Part shown: positions 10,421 through 23,049 of the stretch, piece after piece
How the letters are laid out: every line of letters begins with the position of its first letter
How positions within the stretch are numbered: position 1 is the first letter of the stretch
NCBI GenBank assembly: GCA_024679065.1
Contig: JAGIQG010000008.1
Location: 91,264,001-91,328,000 of the forward strand
DNA length: 64,000 bases
Direction: 5' to 3'
From: Sphyrna mokarran
Lineage: Eukaryota
The notes under the pieces: model-generated
Told to the model about the DNA's origin: nothing
The model's database searches: none
Seen by the model: only the letters and a program-made list of their open reading frames with translations
Program-made: the position numbers and the translations under genes

Positions 10421-11344
10421 TGATTCTGACTCCCAATTTTGGTTCTCCTGCAGATGGAAACATTCCCTCCACAACATTCACCTCCATAATCATATTCCAT
10501 CTGTCCTGGCCAGCAACTCATCATTTAAATGACCTCTATTTGTCACCTGTTAGTACTCTCTTCATTCACATAAAAGCAAACAACCTGTTCAATCTTTCCT
10601 ACTGTCCTTAATCTCTTTGTTCTGGTACCACCCTTGTAAATCTTGTCTGACCCTCCTCCAATGCTTCTGTATTCTTTTTAAAGTCAGGAGACTAAAATTC
10701 TGTGCACATGTGTCATAAGTGAGGTTCGATCAGGGTCCTTTTAAAATTTAACTTAACTACTTTTCAATTACATATTCCTAGAAACTAATCAGTGTTTTGT
10801 TCGCATTTGTCACTGATTTTCTGACTTGCAGTGCTGGTTTTAATGATTCTTTGACAAAATTCCTCGATCTATTTAAGCTTCAATCCCATTCAGTATGTTT
10901 AGGTCCTAGCATATTAAAAGGCATACGGAACTGGTGAACTGTTGGTATGCTGTATGCTATAGAAACCTAGCAGTGGCATCTATTTTAACAGATGTTATAT
11001 TTTATAGTGTTACAAGTGAGGCAAGGATGCTGCAGAAAGGATGGAATTGTCTCCCTGTCTATATTGTGACTGATTTTTTTTTAAATTAACCAGGCATACG
11101 TATACAAGGCAGTGTATGTACCATTATCAGATCAATATGTAAATTGTCTACAGCAATGATCGGTATTCATTGTAAATGTCCTGGATGTATGGGTAGAATT
11201 TCAGTTACAGTGATTTTCCTTGCATTGTTGTTGAAGTAGGTTTAAAGAGGTCAGAACTTACACATTCCTAGTAAGGAGCTGAGAGTGAAAGTGCAGGATT
11301 AGCAAGGTTGGAAGAAAAATAAGGTGGGATAAGAATGTCTGATG

Positions 11345-11700
11345 GATATCCCATTATGCTCCACAGCCAATAAAGTACATTTGTAGTGTGGTCACTCCTG
11401 TTACAGAGGCAAACATGACAGCCAGTTTGTATAAACAATATCTTACAGCAATGAGAGAAATCATTTGTTCATATGTTTTGATAGTGTTGTTAATGGAGAA
11501 CCCCCCCTGCTCCTCTTCAAAGAGGATATTTCACATCTATCTGAAGCTGAGTCTTGGTTGAACATTTCATCTGAAGCAAAACAGCTCCAACAATGTCAGA
11601 CTCCTTCAGCACTGCCTTGAAGTGTCAGCTTAGATTTCATATTCATTGATTAGACCCACAATCTTCTGACAGCAAGACAAACATGTCATCACTGAGCCCT
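11345..11700 (-). mobile_element. SacSINE1/DeuSINE-like SINE
   Basis: Reverse strand reads GGCTCAGTG...CTAAGCTGACACTTCAAGGCAGTGCTGAAGGAG...CAGATGAAATGTTCAACC...GAAGAGGAGCAGGGG, matching the recalled Deu-domain layout. Confidence 0.7.
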
Positions 11701-12454
11701 GATGGCAACTGGCACTCACCGAGGTAGAGATGTGCTAATGAGTGAATGTCAAGTTATAGGATTAAAATCCTTAAGATTATGTGAGAAAAGGGGAAAAAAA
11801 GATAAGGTTTTAAGATCTTAGTAAAGAATGAGTTAGAAATAGAGATAGCATAATGACCTTTATTTCAATGCAGTGACCTCTGGGATTTGAAGGTTTTGTT
11901 AACTTTTTGCAGAAACATGCAAGAATCATTGCAAGTATGCCAGCATAGCAGGACTATCATCCTAATGGATATGGAACTAATAGAAAAGCTCTATCATAAT
12001 ATTTAAAACAACTCTTAAGAATTATAATCCATACATGAACATAAATACTGCTGTGGCAATAAATTAAGATAAGTTGTCATTTACTTAAACTGCATAGAAG
12101 TGTTTCCTATAGTGGAGCAATGAACTGGACTTGCCATTTCAATACTATGACTACAAGAGTTGGTCAGAGGCTGGGAATTCTGTGGCAAGGAACTCACCTC
12201 CTGACTTCCTAAACCCTAGCAACCATCCAATAGTCACAAATCAAGAATGGTGATGGAATGCTCTCCATTGGCCTGGGTGAATTCAGCTCCAACAACACTG
12301 AAGAAGCTTGACACCATCCAGGACAAAGCAGCTGAATTTATTGACAGCCCTTTCACCATCTTCAACATCTATTCCCACCATCACATGCACAGTGCCAGCT
12401 GTATGTATCATCTACAAGATGCACTGCAGTAACTCACCAGGGCTGAAAAAAAAT

Positions 12455-13000
12455 GCACTTATTCTTGTCAAAGGTTTAGTGTTGCACTGATCACGACATT
12501 CGCAAGAATACAAATCCAAGGAAAGAAACATATTTCAACTGTATGAAAGAGAGCATTGATTCGTTGGAAAGTGGACTATAATTGATGCAGATGTTGCGAT
12601 GGAGAATGCATCAGTTCATGATGATTAACAGTTAACTGCCTAGCATTGTTTTAAATTTAAAGCAGGCAACATATCTATGACTGGTCAAAGCATTGCCTTG
12701 ATGCATAAATCAGTGAGTAGCTACACTTATTTTGCTGAGCTGAAACAAGCACAATGTCTATACATGTTTGTTTAGTCTGCAAAGAACAAAGTCCTGCATC
12801 TGAAAATATGAAGTTTCCAGTGCACTCAAAAGCACCACACTGCAAACCTGACTGACAATCCTAAACTGTTGTCAGCATAATTCTTGGTACACTGAGGATT
12901 ACTTAACAAATGTTCTCCATTTGTGGAATGACAGCTAATGTTGGACACTGTTTTTGCAAACATGGGCTGGTTGGGTACAGTCTGTAGCTTGCCCATTGTG
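12455..13000 (-). mobile_element. Penelope-like element: GIY-YIG C-terminal part and 3' end (inverted arm)
   Basis: ORF 12826-13017 (-) CHSTNGEHLLSNPQCTKNY matches the PLE endonuclease motif SAIGxHL; decayed hammerhead-like GTGATCAGTGCAACACTAAA at the 3' end. Confidence 0.7.
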
Positions 13001-13029
13001 ATCAGATCATTTTGCATTGTGTACTCTGC

Positions 13030-13345
13030 AAACTCATGAAGAAGCCTAAGGCTGTCCCCTCTGGCTCTGAAAAGTGCTCTCAGATCTGAAAAGTGCCCGC
13101 TCTACCTCAGACATAACTCACAAATTTCAGTACTGGTGAAATTAGCCGTTTCATGCTGCTATTGTGCAGGGGAAAAACAAGTGGCATGTTCACTAATAGG
13201 ATGTTGTCGTCAAACCAAAAAGATGTTCTGCCTTTCACACAAATGAGTAATGTGGTATATGAATTTCAATGCTGGTATGTGGGCTGTATGTCTCAAAGGT
13301 CAGTGGATTGTATCAAGCAGCACGTCCTTTTTACTGTTTGTAACC
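13030..13345 (+). pseudogene. Penelope-like GIY-YIG endonuclease relic
   Basis: ORF 13153-13380 KDVLPFTQMSNVVYEFQCWYVGCMSQRSVDCIKQHV corresponds to VVY..C..YVG.T.R...RI.QH, the PLE GIY-YIG signature. Confidence 0.85.
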
Positions 13346-13938
13346 GAGCAGCTCAACACCACCTCATCGAGGGTAATTAGGGATGGGCAACAAATGCTGG
13401 CTGAGCTGGTGACGCCCATGTCCTGTGAAAGAATTTTAAAAAGTTCAAAACCGAAGATTGCACTGCAGATACTTGACAGTGATTCTTCAGAAAATCCTGA
13501 AACAGTCCTGAGTCTTATAAAAGGGCAAGAAAAGGCAATAGGAAGATGATTACCAAGAAATATGCAGTAACAAAAATAATTAATTGCAGCAATGCTATAC
13601 TTCATTCGCTCTTCCTTTTGAGTATTGCCACTGTTTGAAATTAATATTCATTACAGTCTCTAATTCATTCTTTCCCTGGATCTCAAACCCATATTACTCT
13701 TCACATCCACCAGCTCTCTCATCTGGCTGCAATCTAACACCATCTAAATGCAAGGATGGTGTCACCTAACAACTGAAGGGACGTTTCTTTCAATGTGTAG
13801 CAGCGAAATCAGAAATGTGTGCATCAGTTTTTACTGAGGAAATGTCTTCAAATCTTGATTTACTGCGTTTTCTCTTAGTCTTTGTAGCCTGAGCAGCCTC
13901 CTGTGTCCTGATCTTCCCACAGTTTCTTAAAAAATGAA

Positions 13939-13961
13939 GGGAGGGTGGGGGATTGTGGGGG
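13939..13961 (+). other. Canonical G-quadruplex motif
   Basis: GGG-A-GGG-T-GGGGG-ATTGT-GGGGG. Confidence 0.6.
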
Positions 13962-14784
13962 AGGAGGAGAGTGGGGGGAATCCCTGTAAAATTAATATAG
14001 TCCAAAGAAAAGCACATCTGCTGTTCATCTGCTGCTAACAGCAACAGCAATCTTCAACAATGTATTTGAAGTCCATCAGATTTCTGAAATAAAATATCAA
14101 GATCATCTTGAGGAAAGAAGAAGGCTGATAAATTCAGTGTGCCTCAGCTGCTAGTGATCTTCATATTAATTATTAAGGGAAATGCATTTGCAGTGACTGT
14201 GCGGTTCAGAACAAACCTCCCTCTTCAGCTGCCTCAGTTTGTGGGAAGACAATGCTTCCTGTTGGGATTACATGAGGTAAAATAGATATGAATATACTAA
14301 GCAACTCTTAAGCCTTTCTTTGCCATTCCAATAATTACTTGATAGGTTAAATCCCGTTCATGGTTTCCAGTAAAATTTAGCAAATCACTAAACTAGCAAA
14401 ACCATGGTCAAAAGGTGAGAATTTCAGGAATTCATTTAGATCATTGAAATATCTGTTTGTTGATTCATTCCCAGTTCATCTCTTATGATGTTTTATACCG
14501 CATATTAGTTATTTCATTACACAATATACTCTCTAATGGTTTGAGTGATTCATCACTATTCCTGCAGCTCAAAGGGCAATGAGCATCCATTCTCCAAATG
14601 ACATTATTCTGAACATGAGAAATAATCCACTGATAACAATGGTCTTAAAGTGGTTTTGGCTATATTTTCATTTGGTTTCAAAGTTAGTGCTCATGTATTG
14701 TTCACTACTTTTTATGCATCAATAAGTAAAAGAAAGAGTAATGTTTGATTTTCAGCTGTTTCCAAATGCTAGAATTTTAGAATG

Positions 14785-15255
14785 AGGCCATTTGGAGATA
14801 AAAAAGGACCATTTAGTCCATTGTGTCCATGCTGGTTCCCTGCAAGAGCAACTCAGCTAGTTCAACACCCACCTCTGTTCCTGTAGCCTAGCGTTATTTT
14901 TTTTCTCTTCTGATAATTATAAAATTCTCTTTTGAATTGATTGAATCTGCCCTCACTATGTTCTCTGGCCGTGCACGCGATCTGCTAACCACTTGACTGT
15001 ATTAAAAAGCTTTTTCCTTGTGTTGTCATTGCTTCTTTTGCCAATCACCTTAAATTGGTCTAGAATTGCTAATTGCTCTGGAATTCAAACCTTCTGCCAA
15101 CATGTACAGTTTCTCCTTACCCGCTCTGTCCTGATTCTTGAATACCATCAAACACTGCCATGTCAAATCTTATTTTAATCTTCTGATCTCCAAGGAGAAC
15201 AGACGCAGCTTCTTTGGTCTATGCAGGTAACAGAAGTTTCTATACCTCTGGAGTG
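14785..15255 (-). mobile_element. Old CR1 3' fragment
   Basis: GGACCATTTAGTCCATTGTGTCCATGCTGG and CTCCAAGGAGAAC motifs on the reverse strand. Confidence 0.6.
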
Positions 15256-15272
15256 ATCCACTCTCATGTGTA

Positions 15273-15576
15273 GTGTGGTGGTACTGTGGTTAGCATTGCT
15301 GACTCATAGCACCAGGAACCCAGGTTCAAATCCCAGCTTGAGTCACTGTTGTAGTGGACTCTGCGTGTTTTCCCCATGTATGTGTGGATTTCGTCTGGGT
15401 GCTCTGGTTTCCTCCCACAGTCTGAAAGATGTGCTAGTTAGGTGCATTGACCATGCTAAATTCTCTCTGTGTACCCAAACAGGTACCAGAGTGTGGCAAC
15501 TAGGGAATTTTCACAGTAACTTCATTGCAGTGTTAATGTAAGCCTACTTGTGATACTAATCAAAAATAACTTAAAA
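15273..15576 (+). mobile_element. HE1-headed SINE, alternative tail
   Basis: B box GGTTCAAATCC; tail ACTTCATTGCAGTGTTAATGTAAGCCTACTTGTGATACTAAT. Confidence 0.85.
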
Positions 15577-17325
15577 TTTAGAACTTTGCCTCAACTTACA
15601 CTAATTGTAGGTAGGTTTATAAAGTGACCAACTCTGATTTGACACTGACCTTGGCTTATTTTCCAAGTATTGTCAAGTCGGGTGGGCTATACCCATAAAC
15701 AAGAGAATGTCACCACCCTTTATGGACACCATTTGCATTTGTTGACCAAGCTTCTTGATAATGCTGCAAAGATTTGATTCTGATTGAGTAGATACTTGGC
15801 TTGAGCAGTTGTTTACAGTCATTAAATGGTAACTAAACCACTTCAGATGAGCTAATTTGGGATTATTATAGATGTGTTGGGATTGGTTGACATTCTGGTG
15901 TTAATAATAGTGAATTATTTTCCCAAGTGTTCACCCAATGAAAAAAAACAAGCCGTGTCAGTATATTATTTTGAGACATGTATAATTGCGACCAAAAGCT
16001 GGATATGGCTGACATCCAGATAAAGACACCGAAAGCTTTGCCACAAAAACCAAAATGAAATGGGGATTTTAACACTCCTAAAAACAGAAAATAAAGCCAT
16101 TTATATTTTTCACATTGCTTAATGTGGCATTATAAATTTTGAAATTGTATATACGATCAGCTTGGCAGAACCTAACTGTACGGTTAAAGAGAGGAATGGG
16201 AAAGGGATGACTTAATCTGGAATTTAATCGTATTAATGCAGCCAGGCCTCTTGTGGTATGTCTGGCAGTGTCTAATTTGCCCAAAGAGTAAATGGGATGG
16301 CAACGGGGACTCAAAATAACATGGCTATTTCTAGTACTTCTTCCCTTTAATTTGGCTTCACCGATGCAATTCTCAGTTCTGTGCCAGCTAAACACCTCAA
16401 ACTCTCAAGTTTATCACAAGTTACCATATTTGTGGAAACTGGAGTTTGATAGTGAATGCCAACCTAGTGTATATTCTAGAATGTGAAGGAGACAAAAGTG
16501 AAAGCATGGGTGCTGGCTGTAGTCATGAAGGAATCATTCATAGGTGAGGTTTCAAGAATTGGGAGCCAAGGCAATACCAGTATGCAAGAGATGAACAGAT
16601 CTGACCCAGATAATATCAGTGACAGGTAGATTACTGAAAACATCTAAAACCTGAAGGAGAACCTATATAGCAGTAGTTTTATAAGAAATGGATTTAAGAG
16701 AAGACTTCTCTTTGTAAACATCCTAAAACGTTTCAAAAAGATTCCTAACAGCTTTGTCAGTAGAAAACCTTATAATTTATTTGGACTTCAGGAAGGCTTT
16801 GGACAAGGTTATGCATGGAAAACTTCAAATAAAATTAAAATCTTTTATGGTATATTTTTATTCAATACTATTTATAATAATAGAGGGATCTCGTGGTGCA
16901 AGTGTGGAAGATGTTTAGTAATAGAAAGCTATGTTTCACAGTAACACAGATTTCAGGTTCAAAGAGTCCCCGCTCTTATTTCTTATGTTCTGAACAGTGA
17001 AATGAATTAATACATTGGATCATGGAATCTTCCTTTGATTCGAAACTTTGAAGAAGATTGCAGACATATTGTTTTGTGAAATATAGTACATTTAAATGGA
17101 CTACTTTATTGTACAAATTGATAAATTCCAAGACATAAATCTATTTTTATGATTAGAAGTGTTTTTTTCTGTCTCTTTGATTAAAGTTTTTTTTAAAGTC
17201 AATACAAAAACATAAAGAAGTTAGCTCAACCTGATATGACTGAATCTGCCTGTATTCCTGGGTTCATTGTAGTGTTTGCTAGGAGGATGCATCCCCAGTC
17301 AGCAGGGCCTAGCGTCTGCAGGAAG

Positions 17326-17361
17326 TGGGGAGAGGGGGGGGGGGTGGTGGTGGTGGTGGTG
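17326..17361 (+). repeat. Poly-G/(GGT)n tract (G4-prone)
   Basis: GGGGAGA, then a poly-G run, then (TGG)5. Confidence 0.8.
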
Positions 17362-18711
17362 CGAAAGTCAGCCACTGTTACAAGCCTGACAAGTGTGCAG
17401 TAGTACTAATGGATGCTGCTGGCCATGAAGCATTTTGGCTACGTCCCAGTAACAACAGCCTAGAAAGGCCCAGTGTCCAATTTTCTTCCTCCTCCACTTG
17501 GGGAGAGAAAGGTACTTATATTTTGAGTGGCTTTGCAAAAAGGCCGTTCAGACCATCAGATATGAAGTGATGGTGTTTGTGGGGGTGACGGGGAGTGTGA
17601 AGTGCTGAATGTTATTTTGGGGACTGCTGCAAATGGAGACCTGCTTACCATTCTCTCAGAAAAATGAAACAGGATAGACCTTTACTTTGCTGAGCCCTGC
17701 TGTGTTTTCGTGGGATGATTGTGTGCAGAACGAATCTACTTCCCTCTCTCTCAGCATCCCTGGGAGATTCCTGAATGGCACATAAGAAGCTGGTAAAACA
17801 GATCACCATCCCATTTTGTTTTTGTATGTGGAAACTGAGCAGATGTACAACAGAAACAGAACTGGCCTCAAAGTTGAAAACCAGCCACAGTTAGAATTTA
17901 TGTCACAAACTAACTCACTCCACAGGTCGTGGGACAGTTTGGGTTGTCGTATGATAGAAAGACTAAACAGAGGGACCACATTCATTTGCAGAATGGCAGT
18001 ACATACTCTAAAGATTTCCAATGTATGTAACAGGCAGATATTTCTAACTGGTTAGTAGTTTGCAGTGATTCAAATCAAAGAAGATCTAACAAATCTTTTC
18101 TGAAATATTTAATGTACCAAAGTTACTCATTAAGCTAAACTGGGTTAGTTAAAACCTCATGCAAGCCAGAAGGTTCAGGTTTGATTCTTCACCGATGCTG
18201 AGTCTCAGCTAATGAAAAATTTGGCCTAAGAATCATTGGAGCTTCTTTTCTACTCCTACGTTTTATAAAATGCAATCATATGCTTGTTGGGTGAGAACAC
18301 TATTAAGATCAGCCACAATGTTCTCCGTGATCTCTAACATTCACTGAACAGAAATATCAGGGGATACTGGAGCTTATGTTTATCAATTAAGCTATCAGAG
18401 CAAATATGCTTGGATTGAAAAGGTCAGCACTTCTGAAGCACTTCTTGTATAATTTACATAATTTAGCCCTAAATTGTTCGAGATTGAGGAGGAAATATTT
18501 TAAAAAATCCACTTTTTCAGATGGAAAAATTACATAACTATTTGCAGAGAGTTACAAAATCCACAACCTTGGCAAACAATGACATTGCAAAGCATCTATT
18601 GTTTTGGACAACTCTCTGAATCATAGAAATGTACAGAACAGAAGGAGGCCATTTGGTCAATTATGCCTGTATTGGCTCTTTCAAAGAGATGTACTTGGGC
18701 CCACACCTACA

Positions 18712-19374
18712 GGGTGGAGTTTAATCCAGGTAATGGGGTCTTATCTGTAGTTGGACAGCTGGAGAGATCCATGCTACTCTTTTTGGGAAGACCCACCATG
18801 TTAAAAATCAATCAGGCATTTAACAGGTCATCTTAGGTCCCCAGGGATGGAAATCTCACCCTCCATTATTGGCTAAAATCTCAGGTCTGGCAGCTGTTCA
18901 TTGTGCAGTAGCACCACTGGGAAGGTTGGTGGCCACTGCTGTTACTATACCCTGAGACCCAGGGTCACTGAGGGACGCTGGTCACAGGCAAATGATGGTG
19001 GGAGGTGAATGGCAGATTTAGATAATTTGAAATGGGGAGAGGGGGGTGGGCTCCCCTTTTCATGTGCTGGGTCCTTTGGTGAGGCAGTGAGACCCTTGGA
19101 ATGAGGCCATTTCCAACACCCCCCCCCTCCCCCATGCCGAAAACATGCAAGCAACTCTGACAGGGTTTATTTCTCAATGCTGGGGAATTAACAGTGGTGA
19201 TGGAATAAGACTATTATATGGGCATTAAATGCCCGCTTTAGAGCAGCAAGGAGTGAAGGCTATCCACAAGTCTTCCTACCATGGACTTAATTGGGGCAGC
19301 AGTAGGGTCCCCATTTTGCCCAATTAGATGTCCGCCCCACCTAATGTTCCAGTGTGACACATTAAACTCTGCCC
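18712..19374. mobile_element. Non-autonomous DNA transposon (probable PIF/Harbinger) inserted in a CR1 fragment
   Basis: TIRs GGGTGGAGTTTAAT / ATTAAACTCTGCCC (12 of 14 match); the host CR1 3' end (18617-18711) resumes after 19375. Confidence 0.65.
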
Positions 19375-20769
19375 CCACTTACTGTCTGTAGCTCTCAGTT
19401 CTTCATTCTCAAGTACCTGTCAATTCTCCTTTAAAATTATTTTTAAGAACACGACTCATATAACACTTCCTCTTAACTTTTAAGTAATGACTCTGCAATT
19501 ATATTTTGTTCCCACAGATTATTGTGCTTTGATCCCAGAACAAGTAGTTACAGAAAATTGTCCAGTATTTCCTAAGTTAAAGTTTATGTCAAAATGTTCA
19601 TTCACATCTCCCTAAAAAAGACAAACAGCAACTCCCTGTTTGGATGCATTCCCAGATAAATAATCTCAAAGTTTTTGTAACATGGGGATGCGATGAAAGC
19701 CATGGATGATGAGAGAGAAGTAAAATGATATCTGAGCATGTGGCTGAACCAAACAGCTTTTTGGATCTCACCCAGCATCATGTCCTAATGTTTATTGAGG
19801 CATCAATTCCACACTACCTGTAGACGGTTTAAAGCACTTGCTCCTACCCTCTTCATCCCCAAAGTAAAATCATCAACTGAAATAAACAATAACTACCTGT
19901 TTGATACAGAATCAGTATTGAAGTTGAGTTACATGGCTGTAGTGATTTGTTTTCAGGCCATCCTCTAGGTGATCATTCAAGCAGTGACATATGCTAGTCA
20001 TTAACCACTGGCTATTAAGCACTAACTAAGTAACCCATAAGCATTATATAATAGTTAGTGACTGTGTTATGTGATGGCTTGGGACTGAAAACAGATTGTG
20101 ATCTTTGGATTAAACTCAACTCTATCTAAAGTCTTCAAATAGTGTATTGGGTGGTAACATTTATATGTTCTTGTCTTGCATTCCATTTTGAGTTGAGATT
20201 TTATTGTGAAATATGAGCCATGGAGTTGTGTCAACATTTGAGTCCAGCAGTGAGCATAGTTTTCTGTCTAATGTTAAATGTTGCCTTCTGCCTGGGATTC
20301 ATATTCAGTTCCTGTGGATAAAACTTCCTCATCTACAGTTAGGCGCTGTGTTCCTATCCAGGATTAAGTGCAGTTTTCCTAGCTGTTGTTAGGGTTGAAG
20401 AGCTGGTCAAAGTTAGGTACAGTTTTCCAGTGGGAGACAGATGCCATTTTTCTGTCTGGAGTTAGATGCTATTTTGTTACCAGGATATTCGCTATATTCC
20501 TTGTGTGGAGTTAGATAAAGATTTTTCTTGGGTTTGCATGCAGATTTTTTATAGAACCCAGTAGATAAACTTTTCTCTACAGATAGAAGAGTGGTTTTCT
20601 AGTCTGGCATTGGTATTGTTTTTTTTCTCTCCATGAGAAATGCAGTTTTCCCATCTGGAATGTTGTCCAAGATTGAATGTGATTTTTTTTTTTAATATAT
20701 GGGATTAGGTGCAGTTTTCCTCCATGAGATTCAAACAGTTTTCCTAAGGAAAGTCTTAAATTACATAAT

Positions 20770-21565
20770 GAAATTGATGGGCTGGTCAGATGGACAGAAC
20801 ACAGGCAAATGGAATTTAATCCTGAAAAGTGGGAAGCAATGCATTTTGGGCAGACTAAGAGGGCAAGGGAATATACAATGAATAGCAGGATGCTAGGAAG
20901 CACAAAGTAACCTTGGGTTGCATGTCCAAAGATCCCTGAAGGCAGCAGAACAGGTAGATAAGATGGTTTAAAAGGTACATGGGATACTTGCCTTTATTAG
21001 CCGGGGCATAGAATATAAAAGTGGACCGGTTATGATGAAACTGTATAAAACACCCATTATGTTATAACTAGAGTATTGTGTGTAGTTCTGATTGCCGCAC
21101 TATTGGAAAGATGTGATTGCACTAGAATGGGTACAGGGAAGATTCACAGGACGCTGCACGGGATGGACCACTTCAGCTATGAAGAGGGACTGGTTAGGCT
21201 GATGTTGTTCTCTTTACTGCAAAGGCAGCTGGGTGAGCCGGTGAGGAAGGTCTGATTGAGATATATAAAATTATGAAGGACATAGATAGGAATAAACTTC
21301 TCCCTTTAGTACAGGAGTCAATAACCATGAGGCATAGATTTAAAGAAAGGGGCTGGAGATTGAGACAATTTGAGGAAAAACATCTTCATCCAGAGATTGT
21401 TGGGAATCTGGAACTCAACACCTGAAAGGGTCGTGAGTGGTGGGAACTCTCACAATATTTAAGTAGCATTTAAATGAGCACTTGAAATGTCCTAACATAC
21501 AAGGCTACACATCAAGTGCTGGAAAATGGGATTAGAATAGATAGTTCGGCCAGTGCAGACGTGAT
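20770..21565 (+). mobile_element. CR1 LINE 3' ~800 bp
   Basis: GGAATTTAATCCTGAAAAGTG, CTAGAGTATTGTGTGTAGTTCTG (LEYCVxFx) and GGCATAGATTTAA motifs. Confidence 0.85.
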
Positions 21566-21700
21566 GGCCCGGATTCTTTGATCTTACCCGCAATTGGGAT
21601 TCTCTGGTCCTACTGCAGTGAACAGAGATTTGGCTGAGCACCAAACTCCTCATTCTTGCCGGCAACAACAATGGGGTGTTAACAATCTGAGAATTTTGGC
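21566..21700. mobile_element. MITE (GGCCGGA(A/T)T-TIR family)
   Basis: Homologous to 58935-59062 (ACAGAGATTTGGCTGAGCACCAAACT). Confidence 0.7.
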
Positions 21701-22599
21701 TAAAGACTCTGTGTTGAGTAGGTGCAGTTTTTCTGTATACAATTAATTGCAGTAATCTGTATGGAGTTAGGTGCTGTTTTCCACAATGGCATTAGGCGCA
21801 GTTTTTGTTTCCAGGATCCAGCACCCTTTGCGATCATCATTTCCTAGCTTTGTAATTAATACAGAGCTATCTATATATTGTTAAGAGGACCAAAACATTA
21901 ATTGCTGTAATGTGACACCATTCTGAACAATAAGAACATTTGAAGATCACAAAATCTGAATTCTTGCCATGTAACTCTGGAGTATCAAGGTCTAGCTTTA
22001 ATATACAGCACCGTTTCAGAGCATCAACCTCCTTGTTTCATGCACAATGCGCTGGGTGTCGCATGCTGAAGAAGATAATAACTTTGAAATGAAGCGAGGA
22101 CGCATCTGACTTGCATCAAGTTTGTAACTTTATTATGTTGTCTTTGATCTGAAACTGCAGACATAAATTTGGTTTGCATGTAGGTCACACAAACCAGTAA
22201 AATGCTGCCAATAAATTCCATTGTACACACTTGTAAATTTTTCAAGCAAAATCAATGAGTCCAGTTTGCTGGGTCTCAGAAAATAATAACATTTCAGTGA
22301 GTGTATCTCTTTGATCCAGCTATCGACAAAACCAATCTCCTTTACTCCAAACATGTTCCCTGTTACTAATGATGCTCTCATTCTGCAAAAATGTGCGGGG
22401 TGGGAAAGGAGTTAAAAATCAGATAGAAAAGCTGCAATAAATAATTTTCGTTAATGAGGCCATCAGGATCATTGTGCCTTTAATTTAGATGTGAAATAAG
22501 CATTATATCTATCAGGTCAGGTTCAAAGGCTTGTAAACTTCAAAAGTGATCCTATGTTAAAGTCCCTGAACTGCCTGACCCTTGAATATGACAGCTCCA

Positions 22600-22820
22600 T
22601 ATGTGTAGAGTTTTGTGAATCTCCCCCACATTGGACGGCAAGCATTTGCAGGCCACAACTGTGCAGATTAGGCAGATTGGCCATGCTAATTTGCCCCTTA
22701 GTTGCAGGGGTATTAATAGGGTAAATATATGGGGTTATGGGGATAGAGTCTGAGTGGGATAGTTGTCAGTGCAGGCTCAATGGGCCAGATGGCCTCCTTC
22801 TGCACTGTAGGGATTTTGAT
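22600..22820 (+). mobile_element. HE1-type SINE, 5'-truncated
   Basis: GATTGGCCATGCTAATTTGCCCCTTAG...CCTTCTGCACTGTAGGGATT. Confidence 0.8.
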
Positions 22821-23049
22821 TTGCAATATTGAACTCTCCATACATGATACATTGATTGTTTTGGTGGATCCACCATATGGTATGGTGGTGAACCATACAT
22901 CAAAATCCCAGATTATTTCCTAAGACCTGCCTAATAAGCTACAATGTTGAATTAAGCTGCTACAAGGTCTACAAAAGTAGGAATGAAACCAGTCTGATCA
23001 TTCACAATTGATGTAGACACCAGTAAACACAGTCCTGTAAGGAGGAAAT

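Larger units (their letters stand above)
12119..13435 (+). mobile_element. CR1-group LINE family 2, 3' part (12119-12442 and 13347-13435), split by a Penelope insertion
   Basis: ORF VMECSPLAWVNSAPTTLKKLDTIQDKAA; resumes with tail GGGTAATTAGGGATGGGCAACAAATGCTGGC. Confidence 0.75.
20320..21815. repeat. Degenerate ~25-28 bp minisatellite (GGAGTTAGGTGCAGTTTTCC...) split by a CR1 and a MITE
   Basis: Units near 20337, 20361, 20410, 20432, 20458, 20507, 20701 and again near 21716, 21763, 21788. Confidence 0.7.

Noticed and set aside
17600-18340. Possible LF-SINE-like and satellite-like fragments
   Set aside because: The resemblance is from memory only and too degraded to support a call or boundaries.
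20320-21815. CRISPR-like array
   Set aside because: The units are degenerate and directly tandem without unique spacers, the context is vertebrate, and there are no cas genes.
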